64,000 nt of DNA from Marsupella aquatica (lineage: Eukaryota; Plantae; Marchantiophyta), in NCBI GenBank assembly GCA_973895155.1, contig OZ316892.1, forward strand, positions 5,362,376-5,426,375, read 5' to 3'. Shown piece by piece: positions 49,148 to 63,752 of the stretch (position 1 is its first letter; each line of letters opens with the position of its first letter). Below the pieces are notes generated by a model. It saw only the letters and a program-made list of their open reading frames with translations, searched no databases and was not told the origin of the DNA. Made by a program: the position numbers and the translations under genes.

Positions 49148-49708
49148 TGTCATGGAGAGTTGCGCTTTAAAGCTGACCCATCCAACAAAGGATTGACAAT
49201 CAACTGCCCCAATAGGATAGAGGATCAATTCCCCATCCAGCAAAGGATAGACTGAGGATTGCATACAAGGGGATAGTACCCAGGGATCCTCTAGGACCCA
49301 AACCAGGAGGGAGAGGGTTCACCAGGACTCACAGGGGGGTCATATTGAAGGGAGAGAGGGTTCAACCAGGACTCACAAGGGGGTCATACCCAGGGACTGT
49401 GGGGTGGCCCACAAGGGGGTCATTTTTGGGGATCGAGCCCAGACCAGGAGGGCGAGAGGGTTGAACCAAAATTCACAAGGGGGTCATATTGAGAGACTCT
49501 ACAGTTGCATACCGAGTCTCCACAATACAAGATCTCTCTATCTCTCAACTAAGTCCGTAATAATGAGGGTGAGTTCCTCCTATCCAAACAAACACCGCTT
49601 AGAATATATTGTGCAACCTAGTTAGCCTAACCTAGTCTGTGCCTAAGGTCAGGTCTAATTACCGTTATATATAGTCGTAACCCTAGACCTAAGAGTAAAC
49701 GTCTAACA
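49148..49708 (-). mobile_element. Possible solo LTR (Gypsy-like)
   Basis: On the minus strand it runs TGTTA...TGACA, with a TATATATAA box and internal ccaggactcacaagggggtcat repeats. The flanks do not form a clean TSD. Confidence 0.4.
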
Positions 49709-49799
49709 CTTTCTTTGCAAACAAGTACTATATCAATATTATTCGTGGGAAGTTGATAGTAAAAAACTTGAAAGGAAATTGAAAATTAATCTTCAAATT

Positions 49800-52700
49800 A
49801 TGAATGGAGAGGTGAATCATGGTTATGAGTCAGTTTATATGCCCGTTTTTGCCATTTTTATGGTCCATCCAATCATATTCTCGAGGGCCTCACTCCAAAG
49901 GGGGTCTCATATCACGGGTGAACTTTTGGGGGAGTAAACACCCTAAATCATAAGTAAATGAAGTTTTTCAAGGAATTTTTTAACCCCTAATTTTTTGGAA
50001 TATTCTCATTGTGGTTTATAAAAAACCCTGTGATTATTATGATTTGAAAATTAAACTTAATTAAAACTGCCCTAATTTTCTCACAGAAATTGAAAAGTAT
50101 TTTACTAAACCCAATAGAAACCCTATACCTATATGTGTGTGATGGTTTGGATCATATTGCCAAAACTAGTGACCAATGGAAGCTTTAGGTTCTCAGATTG
50201 TAAACATGCTTGGGATTATTGAAACATACATTTTAACTAGAATGCCAATTTATCATGAGCATTTTGGAATGTCATCTAATTCTAAGCTTACAACTAGATA
50301 AGCCTGTATTTGCAATTTCTAAATGCGTAGTTAAATACTATGTCTACTCCCTAACAAATTATAGTCATAAAAATTTATAAATACTACAAACCATTATTAA
50401 AAGAGTCAAGGCCCAAGTCATCAACTCAGAATGATTTGATCTCCATCCAAACCTTGAAGCGGATGAGATAACAAGGTACTCTTTGTGAGAGAATAAAAGT
50501 ATTTATTCTAAGTCCATGTACTTAGTTAAAGCTTAAGTGGGATTATTCTATATTCCAGTCTATTCCAAACCTTTTGCCCTAAACAATTTTTTTACCTTGC
50601 ATGCAATCCACTCAACACATGCACCTTTACCTCGCTTATTGGATGATCAAATTTTGATATAAAAATTAATAAATACTTCATTGAATTTCAAGCAACGATT
50701 AAGAAAAATATCAAATTTGGAAAATGTAAATGAATACTCCTCTTTTGATATGATATATTTGGGAATCACAAAAAAGATATAGTTTTACCTAATTTATTCA
50801 GTTTGGAAGACTTAAGTTTACTCTAGGATGATATTTATCTAGTCTAGTATATGAAAGAGCATAGTGAGATGCCAAAAATCCAAGAAAAAATCTAGTCGTC
50901 ACTAGTGAGGCTAGATTTAACACAACTCTAGATCAATGAATTGAAATTTACATTTTCAAAAAGATATTATATATCAAGTGTATTGTTGCTCAACAGATAA
51001 ACTATAAAAAAATTTCAAAAACATTATGTAACAACTTGTATAGTTTTGCCTTAAGCATATATGTTGCCCAAGGGATCAACCAAAAAAAGCCACTAAAATC
51101 CTGTCCGATCAAAAATAGGTATTTTATTCAACCCATTTTTACCAAAATTAATTATAACATTAAAAGTAAAATAAAGTGTGTATGACACAAAAATAAAGAA
51201 TATTTTTGTGGAACTTTTTTGCATTAAATATTTTTAATAAGATTAAATCTATCATTTAAAATCTATATATTACAAAAAATATTTTTAGATTATCTTCTTT
51301 ACAAAATGGAGGTAATCAGTTATTCGATGATCATATTTAGCAGTATTCTAAAATTAATGTAGTTGTCTGAGAGTCCTTACAATTTTGTCTTAATTTTGAA
51401 CTTTGCAACAAGAGTTGTTAGCTTGTTAGAGAGTTTGCATCTCAAGCAATCTATCTTGGCTCCAAAGTTGATAGATTGGATTATTTATTTAGGAATGTGT
51501 CTCCAAACCATCAAAAACATGAAAAAAAATCATCAAATTAAGTTGTCATTTTCCTCCTTTTTAATGATGAGAAAAAAAACTTTTAATATGATGGGCAAAC
51601 AATAGCTCTAATGAAAGGTAACATTAGTTTTGGATGACACTTAAAGTATATTGGTCATGGCCTCAAATATCATTAATAACAAATCAATCATTGACATTTC
51701 AATGTGTAAACAATATGTTGTGTGACTAGATTGATCTTTATTTTCCTTCTGAGATACTTGTTGCATGTAGGTGGACTAAGAATCTTGGCTTTGAAGTTGA
51801 AAAAAATCTTTTATGTTTGATTGGCAGAAGTAAAATCAAAGAGTTGTGTAAGTAAGCCAACCGGCATTGTTAATTTGCACTAGTTGGTTTCCAGCATTAT
51901 TTAGAAATACAAAAGCTTGAAAATTCTAGATGCATCAAGATCACCTTTTAGTACTAGAGACAATGAACACTTGTAGACTTCTTTTGTGAAAGTTATGATC
52001 TTATTTTTTCACTAATGGAGGTCCCTCTATGATATGAGTGGGGGTTAATCTAGTTATGCATTTTAATTTTTGGTTTTTGAAAAAATAATAAATTACTAAA
52101 TGACAAACTAAAATAAAATAAACATCTGAATGAAAAATATTTACCAGTGGTGATTAGCAATAATTTCATAGATATATATACTTCCAATTTTTGGTATTTG
52201 AAAAAATGACAAATTACTAGATGACAAACTAAAATAAAATAAATATTTTAATGAAAGATATTAACCTATGGTAATTAGCAACAATTTCATAGATATATCC
52301 TGGCTATATCAATATATTGAACCTTACACAAAGGTGATGGACTTGCATGTAGTAAAGATAAGATGACTCGTATTTTAAGCAAACTTCTCCAAATGGTTTT
52401 TTAAAAAACCTTTTACTTAGGACTTGCTGATTTATTTAGATAAATCCCTGAATAAATGAGCAAAACAATTTTCTTAGCTAACTTATTAAGTTGTAAAAGT
52501 CCTCAAAAAGAAAGTAAAGTAGCTTGTCTTGTAGTGTTGCCCACTCAAAGAGATTCTAATCATAAGTAAAATCATTAATATTATTTTTGAAATTAGCTAT
52601 GGATGAATTTGTGTAAATCACTTTATAGCAAAAATAAAGTAGTTTTTGATGACTTGTGCCCTCTCTTCACTCTTGATGGCCTTACAAAATCTTGGCCCCA

Positions 52701-55000
52701 CCCTTATCCCCAGGTGTCATTTTCTAGTACATAATTGTTATAGTTTTCAAAAATTGATGAAAATTTTAATTCATGTTTCTTTCATAATGATTTATTTAAT
52801 AACATGTAAGTCATGCATAACTATAAGCTTAGTAATCAACTATGAGTAATATTGTTGGCATTATATTTAGTTGTTTGTTTTTCATACTCCTTGGCTTACT
52901 TACATTCTTGAGAAGAGATAGGAAATAGAATGTGTACAATGTGTAGACAGAAATTGTATGTGTGGAAAGTACTCTTGTGGTCTCATTATGTGGTCATTAT
53001 ATATGTACAGGCAAATCAGGAAGAAATTTTGTGTGCTCAAGGAACCCGGTCAACGAGAAGTAACAAGTCCCAGGCTTCTGGAGACTCCAATATAGTAAGC
53101 ATATACTGAGAAGTTTTGCACGATTCTGTAAATAATCATTTATAGCTTGTCATTGGTGTACTACCATATTTTAAAAAGCTCACCAAAGACTGTAACTTTT
53201 GCAGAATTTTGAAAAGCTCACCAAAGACGCCAAACTAGTATGGTGCATGAGAGCCATGGGTTTGATGAAGACCTGCGAAGTGGAGGCCAAATTGCGCACG
53301 TTTGTAGCAGATACGAACAAGCGGTCAAAGACTACCCCCAAGCCATTCACCAAACACGCTCAAAAGAATGCATCTGAGTTAAGTATTGGACATGGTGGCC
53401 AGGTGGATTGTAGAGCAGAATGTAGTGATTGTTACACATCTTTCGGCTTTAAATGCCGATGGCCAACAAAGGATCTTTCCTGAAAATGCTATGAAGAAAA
53501 TCGGGGAAGAGGTACTTACTACATAGATAGCATACCTGCATCGCTCTATGAATGGCACAAGCTAGACAGGTTATGAATATGATATTATACTTCGTATCCG
53601 TTGACTGACAAGTGACAATGATGTGATGAAGGTGTGGCAATAAATCCTTTTATGAGAAGGCTGATGGCAGATGGTCCCAATGTAGAATACAAGAATCGAC
53701 CTAGATTCACTTACGGGGCTCCCTTTAACTATTGTTGACATTGGCTGTTCAGAAAGCCCTGCTTGATCAGTTGGGAACCTCAAATCCATGCTTGACAGAA
53801 GGTCCAGTAGGATTGAGAATGACATTGAAACTGGACCTGTGAGTGGAAACCTACCGTCCTGCACATGGAAGCCAAAGTGGTGCACAAAGCACTAAACAAA
53901 ATAGCAGGCCGGATGGTGGTTCTGATCAGCGCAGGAAGCAAAGGCCGGATGGTGGTTCTGATCAGCGCAAGAAGCAAAGCAGTAGACCAAATGATCCAGA
54001 GTCAAGGTGAACATAAGAGAGACTTGCTATCATGCATTTATTTCTTGACTACATCTTCGTTAATGTTATTCATCGCATATTTCACTTAGTGTTAGAGTGC
54101 AAATTTATTCTCTAATGTTATTCATTACATATTTTAGTGCTAGTGTGCAAATTTGATAATACCCGCACAAGATGCCAAAGTGAGGCAAAGAATGCAGATC
54201 AGACAAGGAGGTTGTTGATACATATTATATGTTGTTGCACCCATGGAATTATCCTGGCCATTATAGCATGTTCATCCTGGAACATGTCTTTGTTTTTGTC
54301 TTGTAATGATATGTGATTCATTTGATTTATTTTATGATAAAAGAAATAGGTACATGTATAATATATGCCAATAAATTAATATCTATGAATTAAGAGTGAG
54401 TGACATAATACACATGCAAAGAAAAACACATTATGACCAGAAAGTACAAATATACTAAAGAGTTGTGTACATATAGTACATATTTTCACTTGCGTCTAGG
54501 TTATGATAATCAATTTAATTAAAATTTCATAAATTTTGTAAAAGACACCAAGAGGGAACTTGGTACACCAAATGTACACATTGTTCAAATTCATTTCTCT
54601 CACTCTCATGAGAAAAAATATAATTCACTAAGGAGTGATTGAAAATGAATGATTAAATATTTATGAGGGGAGCCAAATATATTCAAAATACTCTAAATTC
54701 ACTAAAATTAAAAGTGATACAAAAGTTAATTCAAAGTCAAATTAATACAAATGATTCACCTAGTTAAGGCACATTAAAAAAAATTACTGAAGACAAAATC
54801 TGAATTAAAGGTGGATTCACCATAATTATAGCAGCTTCATAATTTGATCCTGGCCATATTGCTAATCAATATTGCTAATAGTTGTCAATATGCATAAGTT
54901 TAATATCAGGCAAGGCAGGTTTTTACCTGACCCAATTTTACTAATAAATAGTGAATAGAAGCTAGAGTTGGCGTCTAGGTTTCTAGAATGAAAACTCTAA
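49800..55000. mobile_element. AT-rich, probably degenerate DNA-transposon region
   Basis: Very AT-rich, no long ORF, short exon-like pieces at about 53010-53510 (plus), and internal duplications (about 118 bp at 52065-52298, 36-bp period at 53908-53969). Family and ends not determinable. Confidence 0.3.
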
Positions 55001-55458
55001 ATCTTGACTCTAGGGTCCCACCAAATTTTGCAAATGGAAAGAACTATGAGCCATCTTTCTTATTAACTTTCAAAGAATGTGCATTCAGGGTACTAGTAAG
55101 GAAAACCCAAGTATTGATAGTAGTCATATAAAACTCAGGATTGAACCACGCTCAAAACTCGTTCCTCAAAACAGACCACATTTAATGTTCGGGCCGGAGC
55201 ACATATAATAGTGTTTGATTAATATCCAGAAAGCCAGGGATTCACCCTGACCATTCAGATGCACAATATCGTGCACCGTCCAGCTGGCAATCATCGCATA
55301 CCGCAACAAAACATATCGACATATCGTAGGAGACAAGAGATGGGGACTAAAAATCTGGAAAGAATTATGAACCTCGAGTCCCGTTTTCTCCCGTGTAATG
55401 CACTCCCTCGGGAAGCCCAATTGCCCAGCTTGGATTTGTGGGCGTAGCATGTACGAGG

Positions 55459-57412
55459 ATGGAGATTGCGCTGGCAGGAGCGCCAGCTGCTGTGGCAGGA
55501 ACTGTGCCTCTGTCTTCCAGTCCTAGAAGATTTGTGAGTCCCTCAGCTCTGAGATGTAGGACTGAGCATAATCAAAGCAAATCGCGAAGCCCAGCTTCTG
55601 TTGCCCATTTTCCTTCTCACGGCCGTGTGGGCGGATCGGATGGGCGCCGCCGACGAGTGCAGGTGCAGCTCCAGATTGACCGCAAGCGCTATTTTGAAGA
55701 ATCCCTGAGGCGTCAGGAGGTGGGATTTTGCCCCTTGTCATGCATGTTTGGAGTTTTAGGTCGTCCATTGGTGTTGAGTTGGGAAGTTGTGTAATTTCAG
55801 TGGAGATGTGCAGTAGGAATTGTGCTTAAATGGCTGACTCTGTTCAGTTTGCTTTAGTGGTCAACATATTCTTTGTTTTTATGTCAGCTGGTGCACGGTT
55901 GTTGCATGCAGGCTAGGAAACATAATTCTACTGATTTCGATGGTCAGTGCTTTCTGATGGCTACTAGTAGTGCAGGAAGAGGAGGCACGAGAGGCGGAGG
56001 CGGAGATTACATGTCCTGTTGACTGTGTTCGAGAAGTCCGCACCTATGCTGAATTTGAGAGGGTTTTACATGAAGCGGAGCTGACGAACACTCTGGTATG
56101 TGTCTTTCTTCATCGAAGGTGCTGACATTCTTTTGTCTCAGAAGCACTTCTTCACAAGATGAATTTTATGTTCCTTGAGTTTGGCTTGGAAGTTTGCCCA
56201 CGAGATCTTGGTTTGTCGTCCTTTTTTACATTTGGCATGGAGATTTTGACCTTCTACTCGTTACACGGCAAGGAAATTAGGTTCCGACTTGGTTTCTCTC
56301 CAAAATTCTGTGCATACCAGCTTGGCAGCATTAGAACTAAAACAAAACAGTAATGGATAGTACGTTGATGCCTAATTGGTCAGTACCTACTGTCCAAGAA
56401 GTTTGACAGACAAATGCTGTATCATTGCAGGTGGTCGTGGACTTCTACAATAGTTCCTGTGGGTCATGCAAGTATATTCTTCCTCAGTTTATCAAACTCT
56501 GCAAGCGGGTGGGCCTGTTTTTTTGTTTCTCCCTACGCTTTCGTCTCGATTAGCCCACCCTTGTTCACAATATGCTTACCGTGCCATTGGTTGAAAAATT
56601 GTACTAGATCTTTAGCTTTCTGAACTATGACATACGTGCTATCCATCATATATAGTTGAGGCGATTTTGGCATCGTTAATAAATTGGATATACGTGTCTT
56701 TAGGGCCGTGGAGAAGAATGTCCTGTCGAGGGAGAGAAAGGCATTCTGTTCATCAAGCACAACGTGCGTGACGACTATGATGATCTGACGGTGAGTGCCA
56801 AGATAGCATTCACTCTCTGCAATCCTCTTTTGGTTGGTGCACGTGCAACCTCGCGAACTTCTTTCCCTGACTTCCGAAGCAGTCGACTCAAAGCATGTGT
56901 AGTCGGGATTTGATTTTAGAAAAACCTGAGTTTTTGTAAGCTAGGAGTCATGTTACTTTACATTTGTAATCAATGTTTTACTGGTTTCAGGACCTTGCTC
57001 GATTTTACTCAATTCGGACAGTACCCATGTTTTCCTTCTTTGTGGTAAGGTTACAAATCTACCATGCCTTCAAGAGCATTCCTTTCTGAATAGCAATTCC
57101 ACATTGAATCAGTGAGTAAAATCGTTCATTCATTCCCTTTGTTACCATTAATTGTTTGGATGGCAAGTTGCTAATAACAAGGATTGGAGCAGAGTTGTCA
57201 GTTTGGTTTTGTTGAATTGATCTTTGTTTATGAACGTTCAGCTGTTGATGATTGCGTGTTGGTTTTGTTGCATTGATTTTTGTTTATCAACGTTCAACTT
57301 CTGATGATTGCGTGTTGAACAGGATGGTTCTCGTGTTGAACAATTTCCCACTCGTGATAAGAAAAAGCTGGAGCAGTCTGTGAAGAACTTGGTTATCCGA
57401 TATTTTTCATGA
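55459..57412 (+). CDS. Thioredoxin-like 4, chloroplastic (Lilium-type, CGSC active site), about 229 aa, 6 exons
   Basis: Exons 55459-55719, 55976-56095, 56431-56508, 56704-56790, 56991-57044, 57323-57412 (690 nt, GT-AG). Ser/Arg/Ala-rich transit peptide, then CPVDCVRE, VVVDFYNSSCGSCKYI, FIKHNVRDDYD, VPMFSFF, FPTRDK. Confidence 0.93.
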
Positions 57413-58807
57413 GCATAGTGGACTTCTCTCCCAGCTCTTTCGCTGCTTGGTCCTAAGTAGATTCTGTCCATAATAGCAAGTGAGAATTATGGGGCTGGCC
57501 CCAGGTAGATTACCTTTAAATGTTGTTCTCCGATGAAAGCGAAAGATGTTACAGAGGTCGTCAATTGGACCTCGACCTATTTGTATGACATTTCCAGCAG
57601 ACAGTGGGTTTAAAAGACATGTGCCACACTTTAGTCTATACACCACCCCTGGCCACCGAATTTTTCCTTTCCATCATCGTATTTAAGTTTCAACCCATTT
57701 TTCTTGCATCCCTTGAAGTGGAGGCTATCTTCCCCCCAGGTGCGTTAGCGCGACTCCTGTGTCAATTCGTGGGCTGCTTTTGGTAGTTCCAGACAACCCT
57801 TGGTTCGACGGTGATGATAGATACTGCGCTATGGCAGGAGGTCTGTGTCTTGGTATTATTCGCCTCTCATCGACGAGCTCAATTACCATCCCATGAGAAG
57901 GGGTTGTACTGCTGTCGGCCTGGCATTTTCTTGGCGGCAGATAACTTTATCATGAGGGTCGCAAGAATGTCTCCGTGATCTCTCAGACACCAGTGATGTC
58001 GTACGTCCAGACTGATCGGAGAACTGTTGAAGGGCTCGGAACTTGGAAGCCTTGGGCGTCTTGCATCCTCACTGGAGAAAAGCACTGGAACAGGATAAGA
58101 TCTTCTTGCTTTCATACTGTCCTGGCGGACAAAGTCTACCCAGGATTATATATTAACCATGTAGATCTCCTCTGCATTGCAATAGGGCATATCGATCACA
58201 ATTATGGTGTGATAGTAGTGTTTGGGTGGACAAGAAATCACCCGGCCGCTATCGTAGCCGTCTTCATGCGTGGAATGAAGCGTGGAATGGGAAATGGTCT
58301 AGCGGTTTGGGGGCGCAGGTGGATAGGACCCCGGTGCTTCTGCTGTGTTCTTTGATGTTATTCGCCTTAATTAATATTGCTTTTTCACGTGTGGATAGAC
58401 GATATTCCATTTTCACGCTTCGCGTCCTTGGTCGGAGTGGAGGCAACATAGGGAATCAGTCAATGCGTGCGGATGTCAGATCGGGTTGCACTCTGGAAGG
58501 TAGCCTTCGACAGTAACATGTGGTCCCTCCATCCTTGCTGACACCCATTTGCTCCCTCCATATTTCTTCATCCTAGGACATCACACATGTAGAGGTTGCT
58601 GACCCCCAGTTCCAGACGAGAGCCGATTCGAATTCGTCATAAATACAACAAGCATTCGATTACGATTCTACCATCCTGCGTTTCAAGCAGTAGACTGAAG
58701 TGTGATTTCCCCTTACTTCTGTCCTGTCTTCACAAATCCCCAGCCATGACACATCGCTTCACATGATGTGCCTGAGAGTCGCGAGAAGTTTTCGTTCCGA
58801 AAAAAAA

Positions 58808-59636
58808 TGGAAGAGAGCTTCAGCAAAAACTTGGCTGCTGGCCAACTCAATGTCAACGATAAGATCTGCCCACCTTTCTCTCCAACTACGGAGTCGATCA
58901 GAGACTACTGTGCCTTCGATGAAGTCTGCCCACCTTTCTCTCCAACTACGGTCGTCGATCGGAGATCGCTATGCTTCTATCAGTTGAAGGAGACATATTG
59001 ATCAAACTAGGATAAGTTATTCTAGTATTCAATCTACTGAACCAATCTCCTCCACTCGCTTCTCTTGAGCTCAAAACAACAGCGATGTGCGTACGGTGTC
59101 ATTGCGTGGCTCAAGACTTAGCACTGTCGTTCCTTCTTTGGCATTCGCTCGCACTCCGGAGGCCAATACCCTCGGCAAACTCTCCAGCCTTGGGATAATC
59201 CTCGAGTGATGCTCGACAACTATCATTTCAACGCTCGATGGCTGAGCCCGATGACCACTCGAAGGCCTTCAGCACAGGTACAAGCACCAACTCGACTCCT
59301 GTTCACTCTGTTCTGATTTGTCTCTTCGAGAAATCACATACCAGGGTCGGAAACTTTCAGTTGCCGATGATGATTTCTTGGGTTGTAGTGAGGCAGATGA
59401 CGCTTCTCTGGCCCTTCGTCGGGAATGCTCGGAGAACATAGAGTGTATTTGCTTCAGAAGGTTTATCCACAACGCGGAAGGTAAGACTTCTCTACCTTAC
59501 AAAAAGAGAACATGATCACTTTGCATTGAAAGCCGAACGTTCTCAGTCTACTTAATCAGCTTACCATAGTTTCACACAGGGCACATGCATAAGGTCTGGA
59601 ACATCATTTGCATCAGGGAACAAAGGAAGGCATGAC
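58808..59636 (+). pseudogene. Possible disrupted F-box-like gene
   Basis: ATG at 58808, an internal duplication with 60-bp period (CPPFSPTT x2), then a frameshift and stop into GDILIKL...VFNLL...LLWHSLALRR (loosely F-box-like), and a GT-AG intron at about 59481-59579. Confidence 0.3.
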
Positions 59637-60197
59637 TCGCAGTAAAACTTGAGGTTCTCTCTACAGAAATATTATTGCACGATCTACTGCATATGAACAT
59701 GCTCTGCTTGTTTCCCAAGGGGTAAGCACATCCACACCCTTTATTTCTGTACTTCTCTACCGAGGGGTTGGACTCAATCCCACTCGATGAGTTCCGTGCT
59801 TCATACTACCGTCTACCCCGTCTTTTACTAACATTTGAGTACTAAGAATCAAAATTACAGAATTTACGAGTGGGCAACTTGGCATAAGACTGCAAGTCGA
59901 CATGCACAGAGCGAAATGGCATGTTATCAGAAAGAGCTAAATGAACTCCTAAAAACTGCAAACCAAGAGCGGCGGTCCTGGTGAGGTTTCGAATGGCTCA
60001 AAATGTCAAACACCTTGGCAGGAGCACTGGGTGTTTGCCATCAAAAATTGGCGATGTGGAGTCACCATAAGACTAAAAACTAATCAAGATTAACATTGCA
60101 GAGCTTAGCTGAAGTAAAATCTTACTATGATAAGGTGAGATGGTGTGCCTCAAGTGCCAAACAGCCTTGCTAGATAATCTATGGCAGAGTATTGAAA

Positions 60198-61775
60198 TCA
60201 GCTTTCAACAAATGGGTTGAGACCTGGCTGGAAAGCACTCTTGGCCCACTTGAAGCTTTCTGTGAACCGTAATGGCATGCGTATTGGGCGCACCGTCGAG
60301 TGGGGCAGGCTACTCCAAACCTGCATATGCACGTCATAGACCCTAACCTCGAGCTCTTCACAACTTGTAGACCCGATCCTTGGTGCAAAGAAGTAGAGGG
60401 CTTTGTCATCACTAGCAATTTTCATGACAGGCCCTGTGAACTGTAGTGGTACCTGCAAACTGGTCATCTGAGAGCAACTCCAGCAAGTATCAGAGCTCTC
60501 TACTGCTTTGTCAGTTTCATCACATGGATAAGCACTCTCGGACGTGTGATTCAACTCACATATGGTAACTACTTGTCCACTATCCCTCCTGATGTTCACA
60601 ATCATGGTCTTGGATCCACAAGCAAACAGCAAGGCCTCTGACCAAAATCTTGTACTAGGTTCTGGAGAGCAGATTCTTACCCTAGACCAGATTTCGTCCT
60701 TTGCGTTGTAAGCTACTAAAACAGGCTCGCAGAAGATGATTTGCCCCATTATGTATAAAGTGTCCCTGACAAGAGCACTGCACCATTTTGACACCACATT
60801 CATCCAATCTATCCTTGTTGTGCATGGGTCATACCTTGTCCAACACTTGCTGCTAGAATCATATACTTGAGCTCCCAGGAAGACTTCCAAGTCTGGCCCT
60901 TCCTCCAGTATATGATCGGCTGTGACCACAATAACCTTATACCTGTACGGACCGACACACTCCAGGTGAACCAGGACGACCTTTGATCTACTTGTTAAGC
61001 TGAATGGGTGCAGCAATTTCCATGATCGATTGAGAGGGTTTGTCACCCACACATCTAGCTTTTTGTTACTGGACTGATTCGTTGAAAAGAAGGATAGGAG
61101 AGCACCTGCAGTGTTCCCTAATTTCAGGTTGCGAAATTCTACATCTGAGATAGGCAAATAGGTCAAGTTCAGAATCTTCTCCCAATCTTTGGAAACCAGA
61201 TTGTATCCGATCAATCCGTCCACATCAACATGAATCGGACAGTAGGAGTCCCACGTGGATGATAGGGAATTAGCCATGACTTCGCTTTGGAAGGTCGTCT
61301 CCGGAGATCCTGATGATAGGATGATGGAAGCCCATCTTCTTGAGAGGAGACGAGCCTGAAAAAGGCTATGAAACGGTAACCGAGCAATAATCTTCTCCAT
61401 CACATTCTCAGGCAGCGACCTCGAGGTCTCGTCTCCCTCCTCCCGGCTCACTGTATCACTTTCAACAGTGACCTTGTCACTCGTCACTTCATCCTTGCTA
61501 TTGTGAGAATTTAATCCACCTTCTTCTGTGTCCAAATGAGAACATGTTCTGTTAAGAATGCCCTGCAGGATACTGGCGATGTCTACGCAATCCAAAACTT
61601 CGAAATCATTCTCCTCGGAGATAAACTTACCTCTTCCACTAGAATCCAATCCAAGCTCTGCAGCCAAAAGAGAAGTTCTTGTCACGATTATATCATGCAC
61701 AGCACTGAAGTTGTGGCGGTATTCAGATGCTCCAGAGTCGTAGTCATCTGAACGTACAGCTGTAGAAAGCGCCAT
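60198..61775 (-). CDS. F-box protein with C-terminal kelch/FBA-like beta-propeller, 525 aa, intronless CDS
   Basis: F-box LPENVMEKIIARLPFHSLFQARLLSRRWASII, then propeller-type motifs VWVTNPLNRSWKLL, YKVIVV, QVYDSSSKCW, LVAYNAKDEIW, VYDVHMQVWSSLP, and terminal FQPGLNP. Confidence 0.9.
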   Translation of the reverse strand: MALSTAVRSDDYDSGASEYRHNFSAVHDIIVTRTSLLAAELGLDSSGRGKFISEENDFEVLDCVDIASILQGILNRTCSHLDTEEGGLNSHNSKDEVTSDKVTVESDTVSREEGDETSRSLPENVMEKIIARLPFHSLFQARLLSRRWASIILSSGSPETTFQSEVMANSLSSTWDSYCPIHVDVDGLIGYNLVSKDWEKILNLTYLPISDVEFRNLKLGNTAGALLSFFSTNQSSNKKLDVWVTNPLNRSWKLLHPFSLTSRSKVVLVHLECVGPYRYKVIVVTADHILEEGPDLEVFLGAQVYDSSSKCWTRYDPCTTRIDWMNVVSKWCSALVRDTLYIMGQIIFCEPVLVAYNAKDEIWSRVRICSPEPSTRFWSEALLFACGSKTMIVNIRRDSGQVVTICELNHTSESAYPCDETDKAVESSDTCWSCSQMTSLQVPLQFTGPVMKIASDDKALYFFAPRIGSTSCEELEVRVYDVHMQVWSSLPHSTVRPIRMPLRFTESFKWAKSAFQPGLNPFVES

Positions 61776-63212
61776 TACATCTGCTTCTGTTGGAAAGAAC
61801 TGAAATTACGTTGAGCTTTTTGCGAGCTAGGTGACACCTGCCTCGTTACTATCAGGAGTCATAATCTTGGTTGAAGAGCCACAGACACTTCTGGGCCTCA
61901 GTCAATGAATTGTGTGCGTGAGTTCCAGTCGCCATTATCGCAATACAAAGTACCAGAAGTGATGGATACACAAAAACTCCAGCATTGCCATCCCCACCCA
62001 TATGCGAGTCGTCCTGCATCTCCAACTCTACGTCTTGAACATGACACGACCAGAAGTTGAATGCACAACAATTTCAGGAAGCACTTGATTCAAGACCAGA
62101 TGGGCGTAGAAAGGTTTCACCATTCCAACGAAGTCATGCAACAGAGCGGGTAGGCTTCTATCCAATCCCACGTCCTCTGAAAAGCAAACTGTCAACGGCT
62201 GACAATATAACCTTTCTCACTCATTCCCCAGCCAACCCTTGAAGAGGATACTTCCATGTAAACAACACTATATTTCTGTACTGATAGACTTCCTTGTTTC
62301 CAAACTCTTATGCATTGCACTGGACGAAGACAACCTCTGTGAACTTTTTTCCTTCCCTGCGTTGTGATTCAAAACCTGACGCCACTCGAGGCTCACAAAT
62401 TGCACCAGCTGATCACTTCGTCCACCGAGAGATCCAAATATCTAGCTTTCACCAAGAACCCTCCTAGTAGTCTAGCCCCACCTGATGCACTCCTCCGAAA
62501 TCGTCTGAAGACAGAAAACTCTTAGTCTCTATCCAGATCTGCATGCACTTACAGACCCTGCTCCAAATGCTACGACCATAAAAAGGTAGCAATGCTTGGC
62601 GATTTAGGACCACAAATTGCTGCGGCTGCTCCACCACCTCTCGCAGTCCACTCCAGTCCACTTCAGGTTTGCAGTCATTCAGCACACCCCCCTTTTATAA
62701 GCATCAACACATGACCATGTCAATTGTCCTGTCAAGGCATTGCACCTCCAGCATCTTTCACAATATGTCAATGTGACATGAGGACAACGATGACGACGAC
62801 GAGAGAAACGAGAGTCAGGAAGAACCGGTGACAGAAGAATAATAGGTGATAGAGCTGCCAAAACTACGTCATTCGAGCAAAAGACCCACTTGCAGCAACA
62901 ATCTGTCCTTTGCTCAACTGTGCCCACCAACAAATCAAGCCGCCTCAAATCAAATCAAATCAAATCTTCCCTGCTCTCTCGCTCATGCCAACTCCTACGT
63001 GACGAGAGAGCGATCAAAAAGGATCATCAGCTGCTGAATTCGGCACCGCTTCAATCGAATCGAATTTGTGGGTACGTCGTCTCCCTGCACTCCTCGTCGT
63101 GCATGAAGCTTGCTCGTATGAAGAGCCCGCCCACACGAGGGACTGCAATCAAAATGTTTCAGCTGATTTTTCTCGACGATAATCGCCGACTTGACTACAG
63201 ACTACTACAACA

Positions 63213-63252
63213 AGAGAGAGAGAGAGAGCGGGAGAGAGAGAGAGAGAGAGAG
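63213..63252. repeat. (GA)n microsatellite, likely a (CT)n tract in the F-box gene leader
   Basis: Interrupted GA run seen directly; the leader assignment is inferred. Confidence 0.85.
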
Positions 63253-63590
63253 CAAAACGCAATGACGACAAAGAGATGATTGTTTTACGCTGTTGTTCTT
63301 CGGCTCGGGCAGACGGGCAGGCACCTCCGGCCAGGGCGGGCAGACGAGGAAAAATGACAAAAGACAGTTATGAAGAAGGTTTTTGTCGGAAACTGATTGG
63401 GCAGGGCGGAAAGAGCCAATCCGGAGGGAATGAGTGGCATGGATTCTTTGCCTCGTGCCCTCTGGCAGGAGGTGGTTGCCCGAGTGACAAGTGGCCATTT
63501 CTGGGCAGGGGGTGAGTGGGCACTCCACGGCCCGGGTAGAGGACGAAATTTTTTTTCCTTTTGTTGGGGGTTGCCTTCTATGTGGCCAGG

Positions 63591-63752
63591 AGAGTTTTCT
63601 TTAGTAGGGTGTCTCAAAAGTTAGAGGACTCCGGCTTGTGGTCGAGAGTTTTCTTTAGTAGGGTGTCTCAAAAGTTAGAGGACTCCGGCTTTTGGTCCAG
63701 AGTTTTCTTTAGTAGGGTGTCTCAAAAGTTAGAGGACTCCGGCTTTTGGTCG
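63591..63752. repeat. 54-bp tandem repeat x3, near identical
   Basis: agagttttctttagtagggtgtctcaaaagttagaggactccggctt.tggtc. at 63591, 63645 and 63699. Confidence 0.95.

Noticed and set aside
63591-63752. CRISPR array or coding repeat (ORF 63561-63803)
   Set aside because: Head-to-tail 54-bp units without spacers; the ORF is a by-product of the period being a multiple of three.
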